This document shows positions 9,463 through 20,030 of a stretch of DNA of 58,928 nt, piece by piece. The stretch spans positions 1-58,928 of the IMG/VR virus record IMGVR_UViG_3300036945_000677; one strand, written 5' to 3'. A program made the translations under genes and the position numbers. Every line of letters begins with the position of its first letter. Within the stretch, counting starts at the first letter, position 1. Under the pieces are notes generated by a model. The model was not told the origin of the DNA and did no database searches. It worked only from the letters and a program-made list of their open reading frames with translations. Source of the DNA: a virus. Lineage: Duplodnaviria > Caudoviricetes.

Positions 9463-12400
9463 CGTGGTGAATAAAGTTTTCTAGTAGTAAACAACTTCAT
9501 GAGCATTTTGACATTACCTGAGATGGTACGTATCAATAAGAACCTGTCGGAGTAGTGACGGAACTTCTTACGTTCAATAGGGGGTTTATTATAATTTACG
9601 TAATCTGCGTTGATTTTCCGCGTATATCCGTTACAATCTGTTATCCACATAGGAAATCTGTTTGTTGTGAACTCACCTCTGTCATTTGTAATGTCAAAAA
9701 ATTGATTGATACGGTACTTGTTTTCTTCCTTACTAAAATGAGTATCGATTGAACCTATATTCACTCTAGGGAACAATAACAAACTCAACGGATCATTTTT
9801 AGGTTTGATAAACAAGTTCAAGACTCCGGAGATCTGTTCATTATTGTAGACAATCGCCTGGTCAAAGTTATGATCCAGTACTTCGTGTGCGTTTAATCCG
9901 TCAGGACTGAAGATGTAATTTTCCAGGATATATTCCCCGCTTCTGATTGTAGTAACAGTTGGACCGGTAGAAGTAGGTAATTCAACTTCCCAAGGATAAT
10001 TAACCCCGTAGAAATTACAATAACTTTGTGATGTCTGGTTGTGCTTATACACACTAGGACCTTTTACAGTCATAAAGTGCATGTTTGGTTGTATCACTAA
10101 ACCAGGGTGCCAGTCATGAAAACTCAACCACATCTTTTGTTTTGGATCATAAGATACCGTCCATGCGCATTCTTTAAAGTACGTAGTATCCTGAAGGGAA
10201 ATACGGGTACGCTTGTACACCAATTTGTCCACTTCATTTCCTGGAATTTCTACTTTAGGACTAGTAAGTGTTTTAGTACATTTACATTGACAATTTTCAT
10301 CAATACCTAGAATGTATTCGTCAGGACATGCCACATCAGTCTTAGTAAATTTTCCTCCTCTTTTGGTAAAAGATGTAATAGGTACTCCAGCACTAAATGC
10401 GTATTTTAACGAAAAGACTGTTGAAGTACTAACAGGATTTGACCAAAAACCTGGAGTTCCAGTAGTTGTATTTGGAGGAGTATATATTGGAGTAGCAGCA
10501 TTGTTTACAGCAATCAATTCACTTTTAGTCATATCAAACAAAGAATAAGCAAACATGTCAGGACCTCCTATGTTAGAATATTCAAAATTGAATAAATGAT
10601 TCCCTTTAGTTATAGTGATAGGATAAATGTGCAATGAATTATAAAGGTCGCTTCCTTTTGTCCAAGGGGGTGCTCCTTCGTCTATTGTTGGAGTCAATGG
10701 ATTATCCACAGTTGTAATACCTGTCATGTCTAGTACAAGTTCTCCATCAATACTTACTTTAAGTGAATCATCACCAGACACAGCAATGTAGTATAATTTT
10801 GTTTCATTAATACAGACAGTTTCTTGAAAACTGTATGAAGTCCCAACAACCGCTCCACTAGCACGAACACTTATAAGTTTAACATAAGATGCCGCAGAAA
10901 TACTTGAGTCTGAGTTAGGTCCCCATGTAGGATTTGATAATAATGTCAACGTGGGTGATGAAATTACAGGAGCAACTTCACCATGCTTCGAATACCCAGG
11001 TTCATATAATTTTGGTTGCCATATTCCATGATATGCAGCAGTAGGTCCAGCAATTGCATCTACTGTTTGAGAAGAACTGTTAACATTTGTGTATTCATAT
11101 TTTACACATAATTGCTTTACAGCGTCATACGTATATCCCGCAGGACATTCGTAAGTGCTTGGCAGCTTTACTTTTACAGTTGTTGCATACTCTTTGTAGA
11201 ACCCATAATCCGGATCATATTTTACTTCAGTATCTAGTGGAATATAATCTCTCTTTGAGAAATACACCAGTTCGTACTGAGAATCATACACGGTCTGTGT
11301 TCCAATTCCTGCAACCGGATTATCAATCCATTGGTAATTTGGGAATCGTTGTAATAACCTGCTTGGTAGATGTTGCTGAAACCAGAAATTTAAACCGTTC
11401 CTGGAAATCTCGTCAATACCTCCACCGGAATACAACATTATTTTACCGTTCTGCTGAGATACATAGAACATTCCATGAGGAGTGTTTACTACAGAACGAC
11501 CGCTCAAACAAGAACCGTATTGAATAGTATCGTCAGCATTAACAAGAGACTGCAATGCCTGGTTAAATAATCCACCGTCTCCGATAGTAATCTTGGTTCC
11601 TGCATCCGTTTGCAATTGATCCACACCCACAAACTGGGTCGGTTCCGCATTCTCATAAAGAATGATTGCACCGGTCTTGTTGATTCCTTTGATTGCAGTT
11701 ACCCTGCTATTAAAATCTTTATAGTTGTTTACCAGGTATGCACGCCAGTTGTCACGCTTTCCTTCAGATTGCTGTTGCAATGAATACAACACCCGCTTTT
11801 CACGGTTTGCAAAACACGTACTGCTGACATAAGGGTCATAGCTGTTTGGGAGAATGAAACCCCAGCTTCCATACTGGTGGATAAACTTGGTCAAACTCAG
11901 TGAGTAATCGTACTTAAAATAATTACCTGTCTGGATAATATCTGAACGAAGCAGTTCGTCGGTACTGGTAAAAGTATAACGATCATAGTGACGTTCACTT
12001 GTACGCTCCCCCCAGTCACGTTGTGCTAAATTGATTTCACTTTCACAAAAGAACTCCCTTATACCAGAATTGTATAAATAAAAGTAAGCTCCCTGGACAG
12101 AAAACAACCCTGTGCTGTTACCATTTAACCTGCGGTAATCCGATGGAAGATTAAAAATAGAACCACTTTCCCCACTAAGCAATCCTTCAAGTTTGTTAGA
12201 GTCTACCCAGTAACGTGGATATGGAATGTTAACTCCTAAACGATAATCAAAAGATGAGTTGTCAGGTAAACCACACGCGTTTGTGTTAAAAAACGGCATA
12301 GTGTTCTTTTCTGTAAAACGGTTGATGTACACATCCCCGCCAAACAATACAGGACTTGCGTGTTTAACTTTTTTCTGTGCAGTTGTTTTATAAACACAAC

Positions 12401-14972
12401 TTGTCACCGGTACCTGTGAGATATTTGCTAACTGACCATACTGGTTCTGGAAATCTACTTTTAAAGATGCGTAATATGAACTAACATTTTTATAATAACT
12501 TTCTCCGACTTTAACACCCACTTCAGTAATGAGTTTACGAGATTCATCGTTAACAGAAGGATTAGCAATCTCACGATCTACTTCTACTCCGACAAAACGA
12601 TTACGGAATAAATTATTTACCCTGTGATTTTCTCCAAATTGCATTAAAGTAGGATCAACGTAGTTACTTCGTTTAACGCGTCTGCGGACGTTTCCTTTAA
12701 CGTTCTCTGCTGAACGGTTGTAATCCCCCACTGCATCCATTTGAAGGGCGTACTGACGCTCTTTGACCATTGCAATAAATGTTTGCAAAACTGTCTCATT
12801 GATCATATTAAAAGCAATACCCACAAATAGAAACGCTACCACAGCTTGCGCAGCAACACTAACCGCGTTAGTGGTTGTACCTAAAGTTACTGAATCGGTA
12901 CCGGCAGTAAGTGGAGTGCTCATTGGTACATTTTCTGATCCACCAATAGTGATCGGTGTACTAGAAGTAACAGCATTTGCCATTACCAGACCTGCAATCA
13001 AGCTAGCAATTACCATTGCGCTATCACTTAGCAATTTAATTTCAGGATGTTTGTACACATATTTAAAACGACCTTCCATGGTACCGTGGGCAACATGGTG
13101 CATTTTAAGTTCGTAAGTACTTAAATACGGATTGCGGAAGTTAGTCTCCGGACTGTGAAAACTGAACATGTCCTTACGGTATTCAACCAATGCGTCTGAA
13201 TTGGGGTCATCAAATCCTCGTCCACTTTTAATAAAGTTGTCATGGTTTGAAAAATACTCATGGTATTTGTCAGGACCCAAATCGTTGAATGGGTAATTCT
13301 GGTACAAACCTTTTCTAGCTTGTCCTGGAATATTGTACTGACGCATGTTGTTGATCAATCCTTTTGCAACAATCGTACGATTGCCTTCACGCGTACCGCG
13401 CAGGATTTCATAACCTACAATTTCGGTAATAGGGTTTCCATTGATATCCAGTGGATGCTCAATGTTTTCAAAACGTACACCCAAGATCCGGATCTTGTCT
13501 CCACCCTGGTTATACAAATTTGTCGTATCAGATCCGTCGGTATAAGTGTCCGGAAATTTGTGGTGACGAATAGGTCTTCCGCAAAGGTCTCCCCAGATCT
13601 GTGGTTTATCAGCAGGATACTTCTCTGTAGACTCCCAATATCCCATGTCTCCTTCTGCAATTGGAATACCTCCATCATCAATACCAATTCCAGAAAGTAA
13701 ACGGGTAATGCGTGCAGTGTTATGTGCTTGCCAGTATTGTTGTTCTGTTGCATTGTCCACTACATCTGCATCAGCGGAACTGAGTAATACACGGTCACTT
13801 GGTTCTGCTAATCTTCCAGGAATATGGTAAGACGCACTTTTATGACCGGTGTTGTATATCCATCTTATAAAAAATGAGTACTGTTCATCCCGGAGGTAAC
13901 TGGTCAAATGTCCACCGTTTACATAGTAATCGCTTGGATATTCAACGCTGACCCATTTGGTATGAATTTTATTTGCTAATGGTTGATAGTTAAAATCAGG
14001 TTTGGTTGTAACACCACTGCGTAATAAATACCCATTTAGGGTAAACATCTTGTGACTTTTCTCATACACCGGATTAAGCAATGGTAACAACTGCACCGGA
14101 ACCACTTCCAAAGACGCAGAATAGTTATCCAGCATAATGGTACGCTGAGAGGTAGAATACAATCCGATCTTACGAGCTGTGGTGTTGTTTGCAATATTTG
14201 CAACCATTACCAGTTCAAACTCATCAAACTGTTCGTCCAGTTCACTTATGTTTAACTCCAATGACCCTGACACGTTCTCATGAGAAAACAAAGTCTGTAC
14301 ATTACTAGGGGTAAAATAATCCGTTACACGTACTCCGTTCACACTGTAGGCAATAGCTACCTGGTATGCACCGTTTGGTAATTGTCCTGCACCTCTTGCT
14401 TTTCTAAGCGACATGCAAGGTGCTATCAGGTAAGGATGTAACAAAAGTCTGTTACAGTCCAGGAAGGTAGTGTATTTCTTTACAATACAAGTTGGGTTAC
14501 CAGGTTCAGGTACCAACGTGTATTTATAAGGAATATTAGTAAGGTTCATCCAGCGATCTGCATTGAGGTCATCCGCCCAATACGCTGAATAAGTGCAATC
14601 ATAGTTCATCTTGACAGCACCTGTAATAAGGTTTGTCTTTTTGAATCCTAGACAGCGGTCATTGACTAATTTTGTGTATTTACAATCATGCTCTGTCAAT
14701 ATCCCAATCTCATTGTCGGTATCATTGGTTGAGTAAATCAACCATTCTCCTGGTTTAATATCCAAAACCCCGATAATGTCATAAGGAGCAGATGCACACA
14801 GTACATTGCTTTGTTCATTTCCAAGGACACCAGATTCGCCAAGGTGAGAGTTGTTCACAGCGTTTCGTGCATGTGTCCACAGACCTTCACCAATGTAGGT
14901 GTCGTTAAGGTCCTTAACCATACCTTTGTTAAAGGCGTTTACGGAATTTATAGGATTAGATTGATCAGGCAT
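9459..14972 (-). CDS. Tail stabilisation/muzzle protein (P22 gp10-like beta-propeller) with an inserted PA14-like domain
   Basis: 1837 aa; N-terminal FNKGMVKDLND...ARNAVN and C-terminal WTVSYDPKQKMWLSFHDW typical of crAss muzzle proteins; follows the ring genes. Confidence 0.75.
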   Translation of the reverse strand: MPDQSNPINSVNAFNKGMVKDLNDTYIGEGLWTHARNAVNNSHLGESGVLGNEQSNVLCASAPYDIIGVLDIKPGEWLIYSTNDTDNEIGILTEHDCKYTKLVNDRCLGFKKTNLITGAVKMNYDCTYSAYWADDLNADRWMNLTNIPYKYTLVPEPGNPTCIVKKYTTFLDCNRLLLHPYLIAPCMSLRKARGAGQLPNGAYQVAIAYSVNGVRVTDYFTPSNVQTLFSHENVSGSLELNISELDEQFDEFELVMVANIANNTTARKIGLYSTSQRTIMLDNYSASLEVVPVQLLPLLNPVYEKSHKMFTLNGYLLRSGVTTKPDFNYQPLANKIHTKWVSVEYPSDYYVNGGHLTSYLRDEQYSFFIRWIYNTGHKSASYHIPGRLAEPSDRVLLSSADADVVDNATEQQYWQAHNTARITRLLSGIGIDDGGIPIAEGDMGYWESTEKYPADKPQIWGDLCGRPIRHHKFPDTYTDGSDTTNLYNQGGDKIRILGVRFENIEHPLDINGNPITEIVGYEILRGTREGNRTIVAKGLINNMRQYNIPGQARKGLYQNYPFNDLGPDKYHEYFSNHDNFIKSGRGFDDPNSDALVEYRKDMFSFHSPETNFRNPYLSTYELKMHHVAHGTMEGRFKYVYKHPEIKLLSDSAMVIASLIAGLVMANAVTSSTPITIGGSENVPMSTPLTAGTDSVTLGTTTNAVSVAAQAVVAFLFVGIAFNMINETVLQTFIAMVKERQYALQMDAVGDYNRSAENVKGNVRRRVKRSNYVDPTLMQFGENHRVNNLFRNRFVGVEVDREIANPSVNDESRKLITEVGVKVGESYYKNVSSYYASLKVDFQNQYGQLANISQVPVTSCVYKTTAQKKVKHASPVLFGGDVYINRFTEKNTMPFFNTNACGLPDNSSFDYRLGVNIPYPRYWVDSNKLEGLLSGESGSIFNLPSDYRRLNGNSTGLFSVQGAYFYLYNSGIREFFCESEINLAQRDWGERTSERHYDRYTFTSTDELLRSDIIQTGNYFKYDYSLSLTKFIHQYGSWGFILPNSYDPYVSSTCFANREKRVLYSLQQQSEGKRDNWRAYLVNNYKDFNSRVTAIKGINKTGAIILYENAEPTQFVGVDQLQTDAGTKITIGDGGLFNQALQSLVNADDTIQYGSCLSGRSVVNTPHGMFYVSQQNGKIMLYSGGGIDEISRNGLNFWFQQHLPSRLLQRFPNYQWIDNPVAGIGTQTVYDSQYELVYFSKRDYIPLDTEVKYDPDYGFYKEYATTVKVKLPSTYECPAGYTYDAVKQLCVKYEYTNVNSSSQTVDAIAGPTAAYHGIWQPKLYEPGYSKHGEVAPVISSPTLTLLSNPTWGPNSDSSISAASYVKLISVRASGAVVGTSYSFQETVCINETKLYYIAVSGDDSLKVSIDGELVLDMTGITTVDNPLTPTIDEGAPPWTKGSDLYNSLHIYPITITKGNHLFNFEYSNIGGPDMFAYSLFDMTKSELIAVNNAATPIYTPPNTTTGTPGFWSNPVSTSTVFSLKYAFSAGVPITSFTKRGGKFTKTDVACPDEYILGIDENCQCKCTKTLTSPKVEIPGNEVDKLVYKRTRISLQDTTYFKECAWTVSYDPKQKMWLSFHDWHPGLVIQPNMHFMTVKGPSVYKHNQTSQSYCNFYGVNYPWEVELPTSTGPTVTTIRSGEYILENYIFSPDGLNAHEVLDHNFDQAIVYNNEQISGVLNLFIKPKNDPLSLLLFPRVNIGSIDTHFSKEENKYRINQFFDITNDRGEFTTNRFPMWITDCNGYTRKINADYVNYNKPPIERKKFRHYSDRFLLIRTISGNVKMLMKLFTTRKLYSPR

Positions 14973-14983
14973 TTTAACGGTTA

Positions 14984-16081
14984 TTAAATTCTAGACTTAA
15001 ACATGTCAATGTATTTGTTTGACATTGCTCTGCGGTTCATTTCCCACAAGTGTCTCATTTCATGGAAGTCAGGTGTATTGACATAGGACAATGCATTGTT
15101 TCTTGCACCACGCAGACGAGCGTCGGTCATTTGCAATAGGTTCACAGCATTCTCCCCGGAGTAAATCATGTTTTCAAATATGCGTTGTTTAAGTGCATAC
15201 TCGTAGTATTCGTTTACACGTTCGTTATCCATTACCAGCAAGTTTCCTTCATCGTCTTCCATCAGTGACTGATAGTTGATGTAGATAGTTCCCTCATCGA
15301 CATTGGTGTCTAAGAAGTTGTTTTTGATAGCTGCACGGTATGGACTTGGTACGTGACCATTCATGCATTCCGGTGCAACCGCTTTGTTCTTTTCGATTTG
15401 CATGCGCACAGGACGTTCATACGTTGTTACATTGTGCATGGTGCGCTCAGTAATCTTAGGACCAGAAGGTGTCCATTCGCAACCTACCTGACAACCGGAT
15501 TTGTCATTGACGTTAAACGTATTGGTACCAACCCCGATAATCACTACACGCACAGATGTAACAGCTACGTCAGTGTGGATCTGTACCTGGTTACCATCAA
15601 TAGCAGTGTATTCAAACGCCAGCGTTGCTTCACCTTCACGGTGTAATTGTACAACAATATCAGTGGTCTGAAGATTGTGCAGGATTACGTTGTCCCCAGC
15701 AGCAAGACTGATGGTTTTCATAAACGTTGGTAAACGGTGTTGTTCCACCATCTGTTCCAACTCATGAATTTTGTATTTAAGTAAATTCTCACGGACAACT
15801 GCAAAAGTTGCTCCTGGAGTGTCCCATACTTTTTTACCTTCACAAAGGACTGCAAAGTTCAATACATTAAAATCCAACGGCAATTTTGCTTTACCCTTGT
15901 GGATCTCGATGAGTTTTTCTCTGTTGGGATTAACTTTGAGACCTAAGTCATAGTTAACGTTGCGAGCAACTTTGATCAGTGCTTGCGGTTCAATCATGCC
16001 TTCTGCATCCTGGACGTGAAGGTCCAATCGGACACTGTCCAGCAAATCATCAAAGGTGCGGTATTTAACTTCAGTTAACAT
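14984..16081 (-). CDS. Tail ring/tubular protein with an inserted small beta-domain
   Basis: AKLPLDF motif and GTIYINYQSLMEDDEGNLLV...YYEYALK typical of crAss ring proteins; directly upstream of the muzzle gene. Confidence 0.65.
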   Translation of the reverse strand: MLTEVKYRTFDDLLDSVRLDLHVQDAEGMIEPQALIKVARNVNYDLGLKVNPNREKLIEIHKGKAKLPLDFNVLNFAVLCEGKKVWDTPGATFAVVRENLLKYKIHELEQMVEQHRLPTFMKTISLAAGDNVILHNLQTTDIVVQLHREGEATLAFEYTAIDGNQVQIHTDVAVTSVRVVIIGVGTNTFNVNDKSGCQVGCEWTPSGPKITERTMHNVTTYERPVRMQIEKNKAVAPECMNGHVPSPYRAAIKNNFLDTNVDEGTIYINYQSLMEDDEGNLLVMDNERVNEYYEYALKQRIFENMIYSGENAVNLLQMTDARLRGARNNALSYVNTPDFHEMRHLWEMNRRAMSNKYIDMFKSRI

Positions 16082-16089
16082 GGATAGGA

Positions 16090-16764
16090 TTAATTACGCA
16101 TAATGTGTTTCTTGTCTTCTTGAGGATCAGACGGGATACCAAGTGTTACACCCAGTTCTTTCATGACATTGGATTCGATTTCAGCATACAAATAGTCTAC
16201 AACCATCATTGAATCATCTTGTCTGTATCCGCAGTCATCGGTCTTATCACAATTGTATTTTGAGATATCATCTTCAAACAATGCTTCCACGCGTACCGCA
16301 TCCCATTCTACATTTGGAAAATATAGATGACCATCAAGATACCAGAAATACTTATGCTTGTTATATTTGAAATTCTTGTTGCGAGCAATCTGTTCCCAGC
16401 TGCGTGCAGTAGTACTAAGTACTTCTTGAGAATTGTCCAGGGAAGTAATTGTGCGAATCAACGGACCATAATAACCATCAATTAGACGAGGAAGTTTTTC
16501 AGCTGTACGTTTAAACGTACAATCACTGGTGATACATCGACATTGTGCTTCAACGGCACTCACATCAATTAAATCTACTACGTCCAATGCCTGAAAAGCA
16601 CTGTGCAATCTGAGGATCTTATTTGCAGCGTCTTCTCTACGTAATAACCATTTGGCGTGTTTCATCACCATGGAATACAAGAAACGATCTGTTAAGAACG
16701 CATCTTGCGCAGTCGATTTTACCTGGTTGCGCAGACGGTTGAGTACTTCACCTATGGTGTTCAT
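16090..16764 (-). CDS. Tail ring protein
   Basis: 224 aa; YFWYLDGHLYF...VRVEALFED pattern; synteny. Confidence 0.6.
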   Translation of the reverse strand: MNTIGEVLNRLRNQVKSTAQDAFLTDRFLYSMVMKHAKWLLRREDAANKILRLHSAFQALDVVDLIDVSAVEAQCRCITSDCTFKRTAEKLPRLIDGYYGPLIRTITSLDNSQEVLSTTARSWEQIARNKNFKYNKHKYFWYLDGHLYFPNVEWDAVRVEALFEDDISKYNCDKTDDCGYRQDDSMMVVDYLYAEIESNVMKELGVTLGIPSDPQEDKKHIMRN

Positions 16765-16771
16765 GGTAGGG

Positions 16772-17353
16772 TTATATGTCCAGATCGTTATACGTCTGGA
16801 GGTTTTCTTTAGTTTTCTTGATAATGTAATCCCGTGCTTTCTGTTTTCTGTACAGTGCTGAGATTTTAAGGGTGTGGTCTACCTGGATATATCGTTTCCA
16901 ATTTTCCGGATAGGTCTTTGCAACTGTCCGTTTAAATTGACGGATTGGTGTAAACCCCCATAGTTCGTGATATTTGAACCGGTATTTGCTGGAGTAGTTG
17001 GTGTAAAAGATCTTTGCAATGTATTGGTCTGATTCCCAATTACGATGCTGAATGACCTTCATGTATTCCAGCGTTTTTTGAAAGTCAACGTTTTTACTGA
17101 CTTTCGGCAGGCAGGTACCTATGAAAATTGTTCCCAGTTGTTCAGGTAATTCTATACCGTCACGCAGGTCAATCACGCTTTCGTAGATGCATCCGTTGCA
17201 GTCGGTGAGGAACGCCTTTATTTGCTGATCACTCATTGACTTTGCTTCAGGAACTTCATTTCTTATATGCTTGTAGGATTCTTTACTGAGTGTGTTAAAA
17301 ACACGTAGTCGGAATCTGGGAGCATTAAGGTCTGGTTTTTTTGCTTCTTTCAC
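16772..17353 (-). CDS. IHF/HU-like conserved crAss protein
   Basis: Basic 193-aa ORF, GTG start, DGIELPEQLGTIFIG resembles the IHF beta-ribbon; located next to ring genes. Confidence 0.55.
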   Translation of the reverse strand: MKEAKKPDLNAPRFRLRVFNTLSKESYKHIRNEVPEAKSMSDQQIKAFLTDCNGCIYESVIDLRDGIELPEQLGTIFIGTCLPKVSKNVDFQKTLEYMKVIQHRNWESDQYIAKIFYTNYSSKYRFKYHELWGFTPIRQFKRTVAKTYPENWKRYIQVDHTLKISALYRKQKARDYIIKKTKENLQTYNDLDI

Positions 17354-17360
17354 AAGTGTA

Positions 17361-17375
17361 CTATTAAAAAGTTAC
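17361..17375 (-). promoter_or_regulatory. Candidate late promoter motif copy (GTAACTTTTTAATAG)
   Basis: Intergenic variant of the shared motif just upstream of the 17353 start. Confidence 0.45.
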
Positions 17376-17427
17376 GAAAAAAACAGGAGAATCGGAAAAG
17401 GAATCTTCAGTTTCTTCAAATAGATCA

Positions 17428-18693
17428 TCAAATGATGTGGTGAAATTCCACGATTTTACCTTTCCTGTGATCGTGTAGCTCAAGAACTCCGGCACGTTTG
17501 TTCCCAGTAAACTTATTATGGTAGTGCCAGTAGTCGGTGTGACTGAGCGAAGGGAGTATCTTAATTGAAAATCCGTGCTCTTCGTTTTCGGTAACATATT
17601 CAGTTGTTTTCTTTTTATGGTAATGTCCTGTGTAAAGTGTTCGGTGTGTTGCTTGTCCCCATTGTTGCGGGAATTCTGTAGCATACACCAGTGGGGTATC
17701 TTTCTTTGCAATGTCACCATGTTCAAAACAAAACATATTGTCTCCGTATAAATGAACTTTACGTTCGCTGTACGAGTGGTCAAAATCAAATCCTGGTATT
17801 CCTTGAAATGATCTGCTAAGTGCGTGAACTAAATGGTAACTTGAAAGACGGTCATGGTTGCCTGGGATAAACAATACTTTCACGTTCGATACATATTGTT
17901 TGCTCAGTTGGAGTGCTTTGTGCATTGCGTCAAATGCAGATATATACACATCCTGTGCAGGAGCAGCGTTGTCAACTGGTGTACCTTTTGTGGTAGTTCC
18001 TAAAAAAGTATCCATGTTTAACAAATCACCACCGACCACAAAGATAAGCTCTTCAATCTGAAAATTATTAGCTGCTTTACTCAAGAGATTCTCAACACAC
18101 CCCAGTAATAGCTTCTCCATGTCATCATTACCAGGTTTACCAAAGTGTAAATCCTGTAAAGACATCACCGCAGAGATTTTCTCTTTGCTTGAATCTATAA
18201 ATAAAGGGGTGACACGTGGTTTGAATTTTGGGACCTTATGTTGCTCCAGCGTTTCAAGGAAACTATTTTCTTCTCTTTCCTGGAGAGGAAGACGTGATAT
18301 GAGTGCGCTGATCTGCCAGTACCCATTTTTTTCCTTGTTCCAGTACTGGGAAAGTTTCCAGCGGGTAGTGTCAATTTTAAGAAGTGCAATGATTTCCTCA
18401 ACACTCCTGGGTTCTGTCATGGATATCCCGGAGATGCGTGACGTGCCTTCATCGATATTGTTGTGCACTTCTACCACCTTTTGATCAGGCGAACCATCTG
18501 TTGTAAGCAGGTTCTTTATGTCAAAGTCAGCTTCAAGATAAGCGTGAATGTTCTGTTCAAATTTTTTAAGTTTTTTGAGAACCACGTGTTTGATGCGTTT
18601 GTATTCATGAACAGGAAGATTCATGATTTCAGCACCCTTTTCATTAGACATTTTACGTTTAATGATGTTGTAAACTTGTATGTTAACGTGCAT
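17428..18693 (-). CDS. Calcineurin-like metallophosphoesterase
   Basis: Full motif set: DLHFG, GGDLLN, PGNHD, EHGD, GHYH. Confidence 0.85.
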   Translation of the reverse strand: MHVNIQVYNIIKRKMSNEKGAEIMNLPVHEYKRIKHVVLKKLKKFEQNIHAYLEADFDIKNLLTTDGSPDQKVVEVHNNIDEGTSRISGISMTEPRSVEEIIALLKIDTTRWKLSQYWNKEKNGYWQISALISRLPLQEREENSFLETLEQHKVPKFKPRVTPLFIDSSKEKISAVMSLQDLHFGKPGNDDMEKLLLGCVENLLSKAANNFQIEELIFVVGGDLLNMDTFLGTTTKGTPVDNAAPAQDVYISAFDAMHKALQLSKQYVSNVKVLFIPGNHDRLSSYHLVHALSRSFQGIPGFDFDHSYSERKVHLYGDNMFCFEHGDIAKKDTPLVYATEFPQQWGQATHRTLYTGHYHKKKTTEYVTENEEHGFSIKILPSLSHTDYWHYHNKFTGNKRAGVLELHDHRKGKIVEFHHII

Positions 18694-18755
18694 AAGGTCT
18701 TAGCAAAGGTCGATTGTAGAGTACGTTTTAAGTTTTAATTGTTGATTAGTTGTTT

Positions 18756-18786
18756 ATAAATATAAACCCCGATATTGCTATCGGGG
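18756..18786 (-). terminator. Putative intrinsic terminator
   Basis: CCCCGATA-4nt-TATCGGGG hairpin followed by a T-rich tract on the minus strand, after the FN3 cluster. Confidence 0.55.
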
Positions 18787-18839
18787 GTATATAAAGATCC
18801 CACCTGGAGTACCAACCAACCAGATGATCACTTATGCTA

Positions 18840-19460
18840 TTAGCTTCCGCCACCGGTAACACAACTGATACCGACAGTGTAGCCGTCATTGATCGGACTG
18901 CTCAAATTAGCAGGTCCCGTTTCAACAACTAATTTATAGTAAGTTACTAATGGATTGCGCGTTATATTCAATATACCGCTTGCGGTACTTGATAAACTGG
19001 ATCCCCATGGTCCTGCATACGCAGCTGTTCCTTTCCAACCGGAAGTAGCAATAAGGGCACCAGTATCATCATACACTTGAAAACGATTGGGACGGTCTAC
19101 AGCATCATAACTAATATTAACTTGACTTATTGCCGGGTTATATACATCCAAAAACACATCGGGATATACATAATACGCAGTCCCAGGGTAAGTGTTACTG
19201 ATGGTTGTACCACAGGAAACAAACGTCATTGCAGTAGCACTAAAAGATACAGGTGAACTAAACACTCCTGAATCACAAGCAGCTTCAACAGTCCCCTCGT
19301 ATGCTACGCCATTTTCCAATCCTGTAATTACAACAGGACTTGATGTAGCATATGGTGACAATGTGTTATAGGAAGTAGTCCCTACTTTACGATATTTTAC
19401 ACGGTAACCGTTTGCAGGTGCAGGGGATGTAGGAGTAAAGTTTATGGTTAATTTTGCCAT
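18840..19460 (-). CDS. Fibronectin type III domain tail/decoration protein
   Basis: GYRVKYRK...ITGLENGVAYEGTVEAAC FN3 signature plus a C-terminal beta domain. Confidence 0.7.
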   Translation of the reverse strand: MAKLTINFTPTSPAPANGYRVKYRKVGTTSYNTLSPYATSSPVVITGLENGVAYEGTVEAACDSGVFSSPVSFSATAMTFVSCGTTISNTYPGTAYYVYPDVFLDVYNPAISQVNISYDAVDRPNRFQVYDDTGALIATSGWKGTAAYAGPWGSSLSSTASGILNITRNPLVTYYKLVVETGPANLSSPINDGYTVGISCVTGGGS

Positions 19461-19470
19461 GATGTGATCC

Positions 19471-20028
19471 TTAAGTTAAAGTTGCAGAAACCGACGTAGG
19501 TGCTGCGCATGTTCCGCCAGAAGTTGAAATGTTTGTCTGACCACAGGTCTCATTACTAAACGTACCAGCATAAACACTGACTTCGATCAGGTAACTGGTG
19601 CTTGCAGACAATCCTGTAAAAGTGTGAGAAACTGTCCCTCCTGTAGTGAAAGGACCAAGTTTGTCTACACTAGTAATCAATACACCTGCTGCTGTTTTGA
19701 TTTTAACGGTGTATTTGCTCACATCTCCTCCCAGGTGAGGGAAAGATACCGTTGCACTGTTAGAAGTCGTAGAAATCGTTCTTGTGACGCAAATGAGCTT
19801 TATTGCTTCAATGTTTGGAGAAGCAATTTCACCTCCACTGCATAAATTCACAATTCTGAATTCATAAATGACATTGTCCGTTAAGCTGTTTACGGTAGTA
19901 GTGTTGGTTGTAGAACTCACGGTTGCATGTGCAGTCCATGATCCACCAACCGTTTTTTGTCTGTATTCGATACGCTGACCGGTAGATGACCCACCGGCAG
20001 GAGTCCAGTTTATTGTTGCGCTTGCCAT
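19471..20028 (-). CDS. Tandem FN3 domain protein
   Basis: NSLTDNVIYEFRIV and TGLSASTSYLIEV repeats. Confidence 0.75.
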   Translation of the reverse strand: MASATINWTPAGGSSTGQRIEYRQKTVGGSWTAHATVSSTTNTTTVNSLTDNVIYEFRIVNLCSGGEIASPNIEAIKLICVTRTISTTSNSATVSFPHLGGDVSKYTVKIKTAAGVLITSVDKLGPFTTGGTVSHTFTGLSASTSYLIEVSVYAGTFSNETCGQTNISTSGGTCAAPTSVSATLT

Positions 20029-20030
20029 GA

